Of a stretch of 48,617 bases of DNA, positions 1 to 9,361 are shown one piece after another. Both the position numbers and the translations under genes were made by a program. This DNA is from an uncultured Holophagaceae bacterium (GTDB lineage: Bacteria > Acidobacteriota > Holophagae > Holophagales > Holophagaceae): positions 1-48,617 of the forward strand of contig CAIRQL010000098.1 of the NCBI GenBank assembly GCA_903880675.1. Reading direction: 5' to 3'. The notes under the pieces were generated by a model. The model worked only from the letters and a program-made list of their open reading frames with translations, made no database searches and was not told where the DNA came from. Positions within the stretch are counted from its first letter, which is position 1. Each line of letters begins with the position of its first letter.

Positions 1-48
1 CTGACTGCCCACTGGCTGTCCAAGGCCCAGAGCTTCCAGTGGCCCTAA
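1..48 (+). CDS. 3' end of an upstream CDS truncated by the window edge (…LTAHWLSKAQSFQWP*)
   Basis: Frame 1 is open from base 1 to TAA at 46-48 with GC-rich third positions; too short to identify. Confidence 0.4.
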   Translation: MTAHWLSKAQSFQWP

Positions 49-91
49 AGACTGGTCTGTGGAACACTAGGAGGTTCCCTGGGAGTTCTCT

Positions 92-1135
92 GTGGCCAGC
101 TTTTTTTCAACCCAATTCTGGTCGAACCTCTTCAATTCCGACCTAGCAATCGACCTCGGCACGGCCTCGACCTTGGTGCATACCAAGCAGTCTGGCCGGA
201 TCGTGGTGTATGAGCCGTCCATCGTGGCCGTAAATACCCTCACCCAGGAAGTGGAAGCGGTTGGCAACGAGGCCAAGCAGCTGCTGGGCCGCGCGCCCCA
301 GGGCGTGCGCACCATCCGCCCCATGAAGGACGGCATGATCTTCGAGGTGGACGCCGCCGAGAAGATGCTCGCAGCCTTCATCGCCAAGGCCCGCCCCAAC
401 CGCGGCATCGCCCGCACCCGCATCGTGGTCAGCGTGCCGCCCCGGGCGCACCAGGTGGCCCGCCGCGCGGTGAAGCAGGTCTGCTATGACGCCAAGGCCG
501 GCGAAGTCTTCCTCGTGGACCAGACCATGGTGGCCGCCATCGGGGCTGGTCTCGCCATCAACGAGAAGCGCGGCTGCATGATCGTCGACATCGGCGGTGG
601 CACCACGGACGTGGCCGTCATCAGCTACAACGGCAAGGTCTTCTCGGACTCCATCCTCATCGCTGGCGACGAGATGGACGAGGCGGTGGTGAAGTACATC
701 CGCGAGAAGTACAACGTGCTCATCTCCGAGTCCTCGGCGGAAGAGGTGAAGTGGAACCTCGGCTCGGCCTGGCCCTCCGAGGCCATGCGTACCATGGAGG
801 TGAGCGGCCGGGACCAGTTCGAAGGTCTGCCCAAGACCCTCACCCTCAACGACGCCGAGATCCGCGAGGCTCTGTCCGAGCCCATCAACGCCATCATCGA
901 CCTGGTGCGCAAGGCGCTGAACGAGACCCCGCCCCAGCTGGCGGCGGACCTCATCGACCGCGGCATCTGCCTCACGGGCGGTGGCTCGCTCATCCAGGGC
1001 CTCGACGAGCGCCTGCGCAAGGAGACCCACCTGCCGGTGTTCCGGGCGGAGGAGCCGCAGACCGCCGTGGTCCGGGGCACCGCCATGCTGCTGGAGAACA
1101 TCCCACTGCTCCGCCGCATCCAGATCCTCGACTAG
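92..1135 (+). CDS. mreB: Rod shape-determining protein MreB (bacterial actin)
   Basis: DLAIDLGTA phosphate-1, IVDIGGGTTD phosphate-2, LTGGGSLI adenosine motif, RPMKDG; N-terminal amphipathic segment; first gene of an mre/mrd operon; GTG start. Confidence 0.95.
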   Translation: MASFFSTQFWSNLFNSDLAIDLGTASTLVHTKQSGRIVVYEPSIVAVNTLTQEVEAVGNEAKQLLGRAPQGVRTIRPMKDGMIFEVDAAEKMLAAFIAKARPNRGIARTRIVVSVPPRAHQVARRAVKQVCYDAKAGEVFLVDQTMVAAIGAGLAINEKRGCMIVDIGGGTTDVAVISYNGKVFSDSILIAGDEMDEAVVKYIREKYNVLISESSAEEVKWNLGSAWPSEAMRTMEVSGRDQFEGLPKTLTLNDAEIREALSEPINAIIDLVRKALNETPPQLAADLIDRGICLTGGGSLIQGLDERLRKETHLPVFRAEEPQTAVVRGTAMLLENIPLLRRIQILD

Positions 1136-1170
1136 CCCCGCGGTCAGGGGCCTGTCCCCCAGGAGGTTGA

Positions 1171-2064
1171 ATGCCTGCCCGTGCAGCCAGGAGAAGGTGG
1201 AGCCGGGCGGCCTGGCGGCGGCTGGCCCTGGTCCTCCTCTGGCTCGGCCACGGTGCCTGGGTGCTGCTGGGGCCGGATGCGGGCCGAACCTGGACCCGGA
1301 CAGCGGACACCCTGGCCCTCCCGGCCCAGGGCGCAGCGCGGCAGTGGGAAGGCTGGCGCTCCCGCCGCCGGGATGACTCCCGCAGCCTGCAGGACCTGCA
1401 GGCTGAAAACGCCCGCCTGGCCGGCGACCTGGCCGCCCTGCGGCTGCGGGATGCCCAAGAGGCACCCCGTCTGGCCGAGGCCGAGGAGGCCCTGCGGGTG
1501 CTGGGCCTCCGCAAGCTCATACCCCTTGAGCTCAGTGCCGCCCGGGTGCTCTACAGCACGCGGCCGGCGGCCTTTGGCGGCCTCATTCTGGACCAGGGCC
1601 GGGATCACGGCCTGGTGGAGGACCAGGGCGTCCTGGCCCCCGAGGGCATCGTGGGCCGCATCTGGTCCGTGGGCCCCACCCAGGCCAAGGTCCTGCCGGT
1701 GGACGCCCCCAATGCCTCCGTGGCCGTGATGCTCATCCGCAGCCGCGCCACGGGCGTCCTGCAGGGCCTGGGGGCCAGCCGGGCCCACATCCGCTATGTC
1801 AGCAACCAGGAGGTGGTCCAGCCCGGCGAGGCCGTGCTCACCAGCGGCCTGGACCGCGTCTTCCCCCGGGGCCTGCTGGTGGGGCATGTGGTGCGCGTGG
1901 AGCGCGGCGAGCTGGAGCTGGAGCTGACGGTGCAGCTGGCGGCGCCCCTGGACCGTGTCAGCACGGTCCTGCTGCTGCCTTCGCAGCCGCCCCTGGAGGT
2001 CCAGCAGCCCTTCGTCCAGCCCGAGCAGCCGAAGCCCGCCAGCCGCAAGAAGGGGACGCCATGA
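1171..2064 (+). CDS. mreC: Rod shape-determining protein MreC
   Basis: N-terminal TM helix, coiled coil (LQAENARL), then LDQGRDHG…GIVGRI and LTSGLDRVFPRGLLVG; AGGAGG RBS; follows mreB. Confidence 0.9.
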   Translation: MPARAARRRWSRAAWRRLALVLLWLGHGAWVLLGPDAGRTWTRTADTLALPAQGAARQWEGWRSRRRDDSRSLQDLQAENARLAGDLAALRLRDAQEAPRLAEAEEALRVLGLRKLIPLELSAARVLYSTRPAAFGGLILDQGRDHGLVEDQGVLAPEGIVGRIWSVGPTQAKVLPVDAPNASVAVMLIRSRATGVLQGLGASRAHIRYVSNQEVVQPGEAVLTSGLDRVFPRGLLVGHVVRVERGELELELTVQLAAPLDRVSTVLLLPSQPPLEVQQPFVQPEQPKPASRKKGTP

Positions 2065-2549
2065 GGCCCTTGCCCCCCACCGTCCTCCGGCAGAACCTCC
2101 TCTGTGCCGCCGGTCTGGCTGCCGTGCTGTTGACGTCGCCCTTTCCCAGCCTCCAGGCGGTGGTCCATGCCGCCCTGGTGCTGGCCCTGGCCCCTCGGAT
2201 TGGCGCCCCCCTCTCCGGGGCGCTGTGGGCCCTCGCCGCCGGCTGGGCGGTGGAGCTCAGCCTGCGCCTGCCGCCCCACCTGGGGGGCACGGCCTGGGCG
2301 GACCTCACGGTGGTGCTCATTGCCGGGTGGACGGCCGCCCGCTGGCCCCTGGACGGCCTGAAGGACTGGCTGGCCCGCCTGGCGGCCCTGGCGGTCCTGC
2401 ACGTACTCCTCCTGCACGGGATGGTGCGGTTGGCGGCTGGGCCCCACCCCTGGGGCTGGAGCTGGCTGTGGACCCTTCTGTCTCTCCCCTTCTGGGGCTG
2501 GGGCGTCTGGCGCCTGCTCCATCCCGGCTCCACCACCGGCCGGCGCTGA
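2061..2549 (+). CDS. mreD: Probable MreD (divergent integral membrane protein)
   Basis: 162 aa, about 5 hydrophobic segments, ATGA overlap with mreC, lies between mreC and mrdA; call rests mainly on synteny. Confidence 0.6.
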   Translation: MRPLPPTVLRQNLLCAAGLAAVLLTSPFPSLQAVVHAALVLALAPRIGAPLSGALWALAAGWAVELSLRLPPHLGGTAWADLTVVLIAGWTAARWPLDGLKDWLARLAALAVLHVLLLHGMVRLAAGPHPWGWSWLWTLLSLPFWGWGVWRLLHPGSTTGRR

Positions 2550-2552
2550 ACC

Positions 2553-4427
2553 ATGGATCCGCGGCAGCGGCCCGTCCTCCACCGGCGCATTGGCGCCATG
2601 CGGGTCATGGCCTGGGGCCTGGTGGCCCTCCTGGTGCTGGTCTACGCCTGGCTGCAGCTGGTGCGCCACGGCGAGTACCGCCAGATTGCCCTCAACCAGG
2701 CGGTGAAGGTGCGGCCCCTGGCGGCGCCCCGGGGCCTGGTGCTGGACCGCAACGGCCACCGGCTGGTGGACAACCGCCGGGCCCTGCACCTGGTCATCCA
2801 GCGGGAGGACCTGCCCACCCGGCCTGAGGTGGTGGCGGCCCTGGCGGAGGCCCTGGACCTCGACCCCCAGGCCCTGGCCCGCAAGGTCCAGAGCTACCGG
2901 CAGGCGGGCAAGGGTCGGCCCCTGGTGCTGCAGGAGAACCTGGACGAGTCCGGCATCGCCCTGGCAGAGCGGGTGCGGGCCCGGTTCCCCTTCCTGGGAG
3001 TGGAGGTGGCGCCCCGGCGGGTCTACCTCGGTGATGAGCTGGCGGGGCACGCCATGGGCTACGTGGGAGAGGTGGACGAAGAGCTGATGAAGGCCCGGCC
3101 CGGGGCCTTCCATCTGGGCGAGATCATCGGCAAGGAGGGCTTCGAGGCCGCCGGCAACGACCGCCTCAAGGGCATCGACGGCCAGAAGCGCATCCTCGTG
3201 GATCAGCTGGGCACGGAGGTCGCCAACTTCGGGCAGATCGACGCCGCCCCGGGCCGCAGCCTCTACCTCACCCTGGACGCCGGCTTGCAGAAGGTGGCCC
3301 AGGAGGCCATGGGCGAGGAGGCTGGGGCCGTGGTGGTGCTGGACCTGAGGGACGGCGGGGTGCTGGCGCTCTACTCCAGCCCCTCCTACGACCCCAACCT
3401 GTTCCTCAACCGCCTCAGCCAGGACATGGTGGATCGCTACCTGGCCAACAGCCGCACCAAGCCCATGCTCAACCGCGCCACCCAGGGCGTCTACGCACCG
3501 GGCTCCACCTTCAAGCTGCTGGTGGGGCTGGCCGCCCTGGAGAAGGGCGTGGTCACGCCCCAGACGCAGGTCTACTGTGCCGGGCGCAAGAACTTCTACG
3601 GCCGCGACTTCCGCTGCGACAAGCCCACGGGGCACGGCAGCCTGTCCATGGTGCAGGCCATCGCCCAGAGCTGCGATGTGTACTTCTACGAGCTGGCCTC
3701 CCGCATGGACGTGGACGACATCCACGCCACCGCCGAGAAGTACGGCCTCACCGAGCGCACGGGCATCGACCTGCCCCAGGAGAAGCGCACCCGCATCCCC
3801 AGCCGGGCCTGGAAGAAGAAGGCTGTGCCCCGGGATCCCAAGTGGTACGCCGGCGAGACCATCAGCGTGGGCATCGGCCAGGGCGCGGTGGGCGTCACGC
3901 CCATCGGCCTGGCCCGGTTCTACGCCCTGCTGGCCACCCGGGGGAAGCTCATCACCCCCCACCTGTTTCTGGGCCTGCGGGATGATGAGACCAGCCAGCT
4001 GATTCCGGCCCCGGTGCCCCCGGTGCGGGACACACCCCTGGACCCGGCCATCTGGGCGGTGCTGGACGAGGGCCTCTACGAGGTGGTGCGCGGTGGCACG
4101 GCGGCTGCGTCGGCGCTGAAGGAGATCACCATGGTCGGGAAGACCGGCACCGCCCAGGTGGCCACCTTCGTGGACCGGGCCCACTACGCGCGCCAGGCCA
4201 AGGCCCTGAAGGACCACGCCCTCTTCGCCGGCTATGCCCCCCGGGAGAAGCCGCAGATCGCCTTTGCGGTGGTGGTGGAGAATGCGGGCTTCGGTGCCAG
4301 CAGTGCCGCACCCATCGCCAAGAAGCTGGTGCAGTACTGGTTCCTGGATCGGCCGGTGCGGCCACTGCCGCCGCCCCGGGGCAAGCTGGTGGATCCCTTT
4401 GCGCCGCCGCCGGAGGCCCCGGAATGA
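2553..4427 (+). CDS. mrdA: Penicillin-binding protein 2 (class B transpeptidase)
   Basis: APRGLVLDRNG dimerisation domain, PGSTFK (SxxK), SCDVYFY (SxD typical of PBP2), GKTGTAQV (KTG). Confidence 0.95.
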   Translation: MDPRQRPVLHRRIGAMRVMAWGLVALLVLVYAWLQLVRHGEYRQIALNQAVKVRPLAAPRGLVLDRNGHRLVDNRRALHLVIQREDLPTRPEVVAALAEALDLDPQALARKVQSYRQAGKGRPLVLQENLDESGIALAERVRARFPFLGVEVAPRRVYLGDELAGHAMGYVGEVDEELMKARPGAFHLGEIIGKEGFEAAGNDRLKGIDGQKRILVDQLGTEVANFGQIDAAPGRSLYLTLDAGLQKVAQEAMGEEAGAVVVLDLRDGGVLALYSSPSYDPNLFLNRLSQDMVDRYLANSRTKPMLNRATQGVYAPGSTFKLLVGLAALEKGVVTPQTQVYCAGRKNFYGRDFRCDKPTGHGSLSMVQAIAQSCDVYFYELASRMDVDDIHATAEKYGLTERTGIDLPQEKRTRIPSRAWKKKAVPRDPKWYAGETISVGIGQGAVGVTPIGLARFYALLATRGKLITPHLFLGLRDDETSQLIPAPVPPVRDTPLDPAIWAVLDEGLYEVVRGGTAAASALKEITMVGKTGTAQVATFVDRAHYARQAKALKDHALFAGYAPREKPQIAFAVVVENAGFGASSAAPIAKKLVQYWFLDRPVRPLPPPRGKLVDPFAPPPEAPE

Positions 4428-5509
4428 AGGAGCGGTTCCGCGCCCTCGATCCGCGCCTCCTCTGGGTGGTGCTGGCCCTCATTGGGCTGGGCACGCTGAC
4501 GCTGTTTTCGGCGGGCCGCAACACGCCCCAGTCCGGGATCTGGCTGAAGCAGAGCCTCTGGAACCTCATGGGCCTCGGCATCATGGCGGCCCTGGCCGGG
4601 GCCGATCCGCGCCGCTTCTTCCGCAAGGGCTTCCCCGCCTACCTGGTGGGCCTGCTCGCCCTGCTGGCGGTGCTGGTGGTGGGCCGCCGCATCGGCGGGT
4701 CCACCCGCTGGTTCGTGGTGCTGGGGCAGACCTTCCAGCCCTCGGAGCTGATGAAGTGGGTGACGCTGCTCTATGTGTCCCAGCGCCTGGGCTCCCGGCC
4801 CCCGGACCAGGTGACGCGCCTGGATCTGCTTGGTGCCGTGGGCCTCGTGGTCTTCCCCATGCTGCTCATCCAGCGCCAGCCGGACCTGGGCATGGCCCTC
4901 AGCTTCCTGCCCATCCTCCTGCTCATCCCGCTGATGAAGGGGGTCCGCGCCCGGTGGATTGCCGCCCTCGTGGTGTTCGTCCTCCTCGGTGGCGCCGCCG
5001 CCTGGAACTTCGCCCTGAAGCCCTACCAGAAGCAGCGGGTGATGATCTTCCTGGACCCCTCCAGCGACCTCCAGGGGAAGGGCTACCAGGTGAACCAGAG
5101 CCGCATCGCCATCGGGTCCGGCGGCCTCATCGGGAAGGGCTTCACCAGTGGGTCCCAGACCCAGCTGAACTTCCTGCCGGTGAAGACCACGGACTTCGCC
5201 TTCAGCGTGTGGGCCGAGGAGCGCGGGTTCTTCGGCGTCCTCATCGCCCTGGCCCTCTTCGGGCTGCTGCTGGACCGCATCCTGGCGGCGGCGCGCGTGG
5301 CCCTCAGTGCCACCGAGGCCTACTTCTGCGCTGGTGCCGCCGGCATCTTCGCCCTGCACCTCCTGGTGAACGTGGGCATGGTTGCGGGCGCCCTCCCCAA
5401 CAAGGGCATGGTCCTGCCCTTCTTCAGCGCCGGCGGCAGCAGTACCCTGAGCTTCTTCCTCGCCCTGGGCATCATCATGGGGATCCAACATCGAGCGAGA
5501 CTGAAATGA
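4424..5509 (+). CDS. rodA: Peptidoglycan glycosyltransferase RodA (SEDS)
   Basis: FQPSELMK, QPDLG, GYQVNQSRIAIGSGG, TDFAFSVWAEERGF, LPFFSAGGSS; overlaps mrdA stop. Confidence 0.93.
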   Translation: MKERFRALDPRLLWVVLALIGLGTLTLFSAGRNTPQSGIWLKQSLWNLMGLGIMAALAGADPRRFFRKGFPAYLVGLLALLAVLVVGRRIGGSTRWFVVLGQTFQPSELMKWVTLLYVSQRLGSRPPDQVTRLDLLGAVGLVVFPMLLIQRQPDLGMALSFLPILLLIPLMKGVRARWIAALVVFVLLGGAAAWNFALKPYQKQRVMIFLDPSSDLQGKGYQVNQSRIAIGSGGLIGKGFTSGSQTQLNFLPVKTTDFAFSVWAEERGFFGVLIALALFGLLLDRILAAARVALSATEAYFCAGAAGIFALHLLVNVGMVAGALPNKGMVLPFFSAGGSSTLSFFLALGIIMGIQHRARLK

Positions 5510-7521
5510 GCGACCTGCGACAGCGAATGGCGGACCTGGCGGGCCAGGTGCGAACCCATCGCCATCGCTACTATGTGCTGGACCAGCCCACGGTCTCGGA
5601 TGCGGAATACGACGCCCTGGAGCGCGAGCTGCGGGACCTGGAGGCGGCCCATCCGGAGTACGCCGATCCCAACAGTCCCACCCAGCGCGTGGGCGCACCG
5701 CCGGTGGACTCCTTCGAGAAGCGCCGCCACGCCGTGCCCATGCTCAGCCTGGACAACTCCTACTCCACCGCGGAGCTCGCCGAGTGGGAGGTCCGCTGGC
5801 GGAAGCTGGCGCCGGAAGCCGCCCCGCGCTACGCCGCCGAGCTCAAGGTGGACGGCCTCTCCCTGTCCCTGCGCTACGAGGACCGACTGCTGGTGGAGGC
5901 CCTCACCCGGGGCGATGGCGAGACCGGCGAGCTGGTGACGGAGAACGCCCGCACCATCGCTGACATCCCTCTGCGCCTGCCGGCGGAGGCACCGGCTGAG
6001 CTCACGGTGCGGGGCGAGGTCTTTCTGTCCCGCAAGCGCTGGGAGGAGCTCAACCGCCAGCGCGATGCCCGGGGCGAGGCCCGCTTCGCCAATCCCCGCA
6101 ATGCCGCCAGCGGCACCATGAAGCTGCTGGACAGCCGGGAGGTCGCAGCAAGGGGACTCTCTTTCCTGCCCTGGCAATTGCTCTGGAACAGTGCCGTACC
6201 GGCCCTGTTCCAGAGCGATCAAGAGACGGCCATGGCCCTGCTGGCGACCTGGGGCTTCGCGCGCATGCCCGGCACGGCCGTGGGTGCCATGGAGGACATG
6301 CTGCGCTTTATCGCCGCCCAGGCCGAGGATCGCCTGCGCCTGCCCTTCGACACCGATGGCGTGGTGCTCAAGGTGCTGGATCCTGCGACCCAGGCAGCCG
6401 TGGGCACCACGGACCGGGTGCCCCGCTGGGCCATCGCCTTCAAGTTCCCTGCCACCCAGGTGACCACCACGGTGCTGGGCATCACCTGGCAGGTGGGGCG
6501 CAGCGGGAAGCTCACCCCCGTGGCTGAGCTGGAAGCGGTGGAGGTGGCGGGCTCCACCGTGCGCCGAGCCACGCTGCACAATGTGGACGAGCTGGCCCGT
6601 CTGGGGCTGCGGGTGGGCCACCGGGTCTTCATCGAGAAGGGCGGGGAGGTCATCCCCAAGGTGGTGGCCCTGGTGCCGGGCGAGGCCGAGCGAGACCTGC
6701 CGCTGCCCACCATTCCCGTCGCCTGCCCCGTGTGCGCTGGCGAAGTGGGCAAGACGGACGACGCCGAGGTGGCCATCCGCTGCCTCAACCCCGAGTGCCC
6801 CGCCAAGCTGGTGGGCCGCCTCCTCCACTTCGGGGGCCGGTCGGCCCTGGACATCGAAGGCATGGGGGACGCCCTGGTGGAGCAGATTGTGGCCTCTGGG
6901 CGCATCGAGCAGCCCTGGGATGTGGTGGCCCTGCTGCAGGACCCTCGCTCCGGCCTGGCCTACCTGGCGGGCCTGGACCGCATGGCGGAGAAGTCCGCCC
7001 AGAACCTGCTGGAGGCCTTGGACGGGGCGCGCACCAAACCCTTGGCCCGCTGGATCCACGCCCTGGGCATCCCCATGGTGGGCGTGCGCACCGCGGAGCT
7101 GCTGGCGGAGGCCTACCCCTCGCTGGCGGCCCTCTGGGCCATCCCGCTGGAGCAACTGCAGTCCGTGGAGGAGGTGGGCCCTAAGGTCGCCGCCGCCCTC
7201 CGGGCCTTCGCGGCCCTGCACCCAGACCTGCCGACCCACCTGGCGGGCCTGGGGGTCCAGCCGGAGCCACCGGCGCCCCGGGAGCGGGGCGGACTGCCCC
7301 TCTCCGGCGAGGTCGCCGTGGTGACGGGCACCCTGCCGACACTCTCCCGCGAGGAGGCCGAGGCCTGGCTCAAGCGCCTGGGGGCCAAGGTCACGGGGGC
7401 CGTGAGCCCCAAGACCACCCTGCTGCTGGCGGGGGAGAAGGCCGGCTCCAAGCTGGCCAAGGCCGAGGCCCTGGGCATCCCGGTCCGGGACGAGGCCTGG
7501 CTGCGGGGCCTGGGCGAATGA
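5506..7521 (+). CDS. ligA: NAD-dependent DNA ligase
   Basis: True start is ATG 5506 (MSDLRQ…, ATGA overlap with rodA), not 4234. YYVLDQPTVSDAEYD, ELKVDG (KxDG), FANPRNAASG, CPVC…CLNPEC zinc finger, HhH and C-terminal BRCT (GSKLAKAEALGI). Confidence 0.96.
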   Translation: MSDLRQRMADLAGQVRTHRHRYYVLDQPTVSDAEYDALERELRDLEAAHPEYADPNSPTQRVGAPPVDSFEKRRHAVPMLSLDNSYSTAELAEWEVRWRKLAPEAAPRYAAELKVDGLSLSLRYEDRLLVEALTRGDGETGELVTENARTIADIPLRLPAEAPAELTVRGEVFLSRKRWEELNRQRDARGEARFANPRNAASGTMKLLDSREVAARGLSFLPWQLLWNSAVPALFQSDQETAMALLATWGFARMPGTAVGAMEDMLRFIAAQAEDRLRLPFDTDGVVLKVLDPATQAAVGTTDRVPRWAIAFKFPATQVTTTVLGITWQVGRSGKLTPVAELEAVEVAGSTVRRATLHNVDELARLGLRVGHRVFIEKGGEVIPKVVALVPGEAERDLPLPTIPVACPVCAGEVGKTDDAEVAIRCLNPECPAKLVGRLLHFGGRSALDIEGMGDALVEQIVASGRIEQPWDVVALLQDPRSGLAYLAGLDRMAEKSAQNLLEALDGARTKPLARWIHALGIPMVGVRTAELLAEAYPSLAALWAIPLEQLQSVEEVGPKVAAALRAFAALHPDLPTHLAGLGVQPEPPAPRERGGLPLSGEVAVVTGTLPTLSREEAEAWLKRLGAKVTGAVSPKTTLLLAGEKAGSKLAKAEALGIPVRDEAWLRGLGE

Positions 7522-7612
7522 AACCCGAGGCTGGCCGCTCCCTGGTGCAGAAAGCCCTGGACGGGGGCCGGACGGGCGTGGATGATCGGGAACCACCGCT
7601 CTGGAAAAATCA

Positions 7613-8929
7613 GTGCTGATGCGCCTTGGCACGTTCGAGATCGTGCGACTCCTCGCCCAGGGACGCATGGGCGAGGTGTACCTGGGGCGCGATCCGATCA
7701 TCGGCCGGGAGGTGGCCATCAAGGTCATCCACACCTCCGCCGGCATGGCTGCCGGGTCCCGGGAGCGGTTTGCCAATGAGGCCCGGGCCGCCGGGGTGCT
7801 GAACCACCCGAACATCGTCACGGTCTATGAGATGGGCGAGGAGCAGGGGGTGCTCTACCTGGCCATGGAGCTGGTGAAGGGCGAGGACCTGGCCACCCTG
7901 ATCCGGGCGGGCAACCTCACGCCCCGGGATGTCCTGGATGTGCTGGCTCAGGTCTGCGATGGCCTGGCCGTGGCCCACCGCCACCAGATCCTCCAGCGGG
8001 ACCTCAAGCCCTCCAACATCCGCGTGATCTGGGACGGGAAGAGCCTGCTGGCCAAGCTGCTGGACTTTGGTGTGGCCAAGGTCCTCAACTCCGACAGCAC
8101 GGACGAGGGCACGGTCTTCGGGACCGTGAACTACATGGCCCCCGAGTACCTGCAGAGCGGCCGCTCGGACGGCCGGAGCGACCTGTTCGGCATCGGTGTG
8201 ATCCTCTACGAGGCCCTGGCTGGCCTCCCGCCCTTCGACGGCCCCAGCCCGGGCTCGATCATCTACCGCCTGCTGCATGAGAACCCGGGCCCCCTCCCGC
8301 CCACCGCCTTCCAGGGGATCAGCCGGGACATCCAGGCCCTTCTGAACCGGTCCCTGGCCAAGGACCCGGCCAATCGGTTCCAGTCTGCGGAAGAGCTGGC
8401 CCTCGCCCTGCGCGCGGCCCGGGACACCAACTGGCGCATGGAGCAGGAGCGGCCCACGCTGGCCATGATCATCCGGCGCAGCGTGGCAGGCCGTCCCGCT
8501 GCAGCCACGCCCCCCCGGGGCTTCCCGGCGCAAAATGCCCCGCGCCGCAGCCCCGTCCCGGAATCTGCGGTGCGGGCCCCCGAGGCCACTCCCACGGGCC
8601 CGAGTGGCGGCGCCCCGGATGCCAACACCCCCCGGCAGCAGGCGGAGGTCCGGCGGGACCTCCTGATGACATCCCGGCACCAGCTGCTCCAGGCCTTGGA
8701 GATGGACTCCGCCAACGCCCGGATCCTGGCTCTGCTGATCGCCACCCACTACCGCCTCGGCTGGCCCGATGCGGTGATGCAGACCCTCCGCCAGGCGCGG
8801 GCCCTGGGGATCTCCGCCCGGTCCCTGCAGGCCGTGCCCCGCTGTGCGCAGGTCATCAAGGAGGAGGCTCAGGCCTGCCGGCTGCCCATGGACCACCACG
8901 GCGAGTTCATGGACTACCTGGGCGACTGA
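7613..8929 (+). CDS. Hanks-type Ser/Thr protein kinase with Pro-rich linker and C-terminal TPR-like helical domain
   Basis: GRMGEVY, VAIK, HPNIV, QRDLKPSN, DFG, YMAPE, SDLFGIG; no TM segment; start could be GTG 7613 or ATG 7619. Confidence 0.88.
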   Translation: MLMRLGTFEIVRLLAQGRMGEVYLGRDPIIGREVAIKVIHTSAGMAAGSRERFANEARAAGVLNHPNIVTVYEMGEEQGVLYLAMELVKGEDLATLIRAGNLTPRDVLDVLAQVCDGLAVAHRHQILQRDLKPSNIRVIWDGKSLLAKLLDFGVAKVLNSDSTDEGTVFGTVNYMAPEYLQSGRSDGRSDLFGIGVILYEALAGLPPFDGPSPGSIIYRLLHENPGPLPPTAFQGISRDIQALLNRSLAKDPANRFQSAEELALALRAARDTNWRMEQERPTLAMIIRRSVAGRPAAATPPRGFPAQNAPRRSPVPESAVRAPEATPTGPSGGAPDANTPRQQAEVRRDLLMTSRHQLLQALEMDSANARILALLIATHYRLGWPDAVMQTLRQARALGISARSLQAVPRCAQVIKEEAQACRLPMDHHGEFMDYLGD

Positions 8930-8938
8930 GCCCGGCCC

Positions 8939-9361
8939 TCAGTTTCCGTCCGCCGTCCGCAGCTCCACCAGGCGCCAGGTGCCGGAGACTTTGCGCCAGC
9001 GCAGGTGGAACTCCCGGTGGCTGGCCTCCTCCGGCAGCAGGGCACCGCTCTTGCCGGTGAGGACGAGATCGACCTCCTGAAGGATCTCGCCGTTCCGCTC
9101 CGTGAGGACGCTGCGCAGCACCGTCACCCCCACCCGCTGCTGGCGGAAGGTGGCCTGCAGAAAGCTGCGGCTCGAGGCCCGGTCCAGGCCGTCGGGCCCC
9201 CGGAAGGCCCCATCCAGGGGGGCCGTGGCGGCAGCGGCATCCCCGGCCTCCACGGCCGTCCGGCAGGCCTCGAAGGCCGCCCGGACCTGGGCTTCGGGCG
9301 TCTCGGACCGGCAGCCCAGGAGGAGCCCCGCCAGCAGGATGGAAGCCGCGGCGCGTTTCAT
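8939..9361 (-). CDS. Putative lipoprotein, NTF2/SnoaL-like fold
   Basis: Start ATG 9361 (MKRAAASILLAGLLLGC, lipobox-like), ATGA overlap with the CYTH gene; ends in WRKVSGTWRLV typical of NTF2-like proteins. Confidence 0.65.
   Translation of the reverse strand: MKRAAASILLAGLLLGCRSETPEAQVRAAFEACRTAVEAGDAAAATAPLDGAFRGPDGLDRASSRSFLQATFRQQRVGVTVLRSVLTERNGEILQEVDLVLTGKSGALLPEEASHREFHLRWRKVSGTWRLVELRTADGN

Noticed and set aside
4234-5505. 1095-aa ORF suggesting a long N-terminal extension of LigA
   Set aside because: The extension is an alternative frame over mrdA/rodA with low-complexity Arg/Pro/Gly content; LigA homology starts at ATG 5506.
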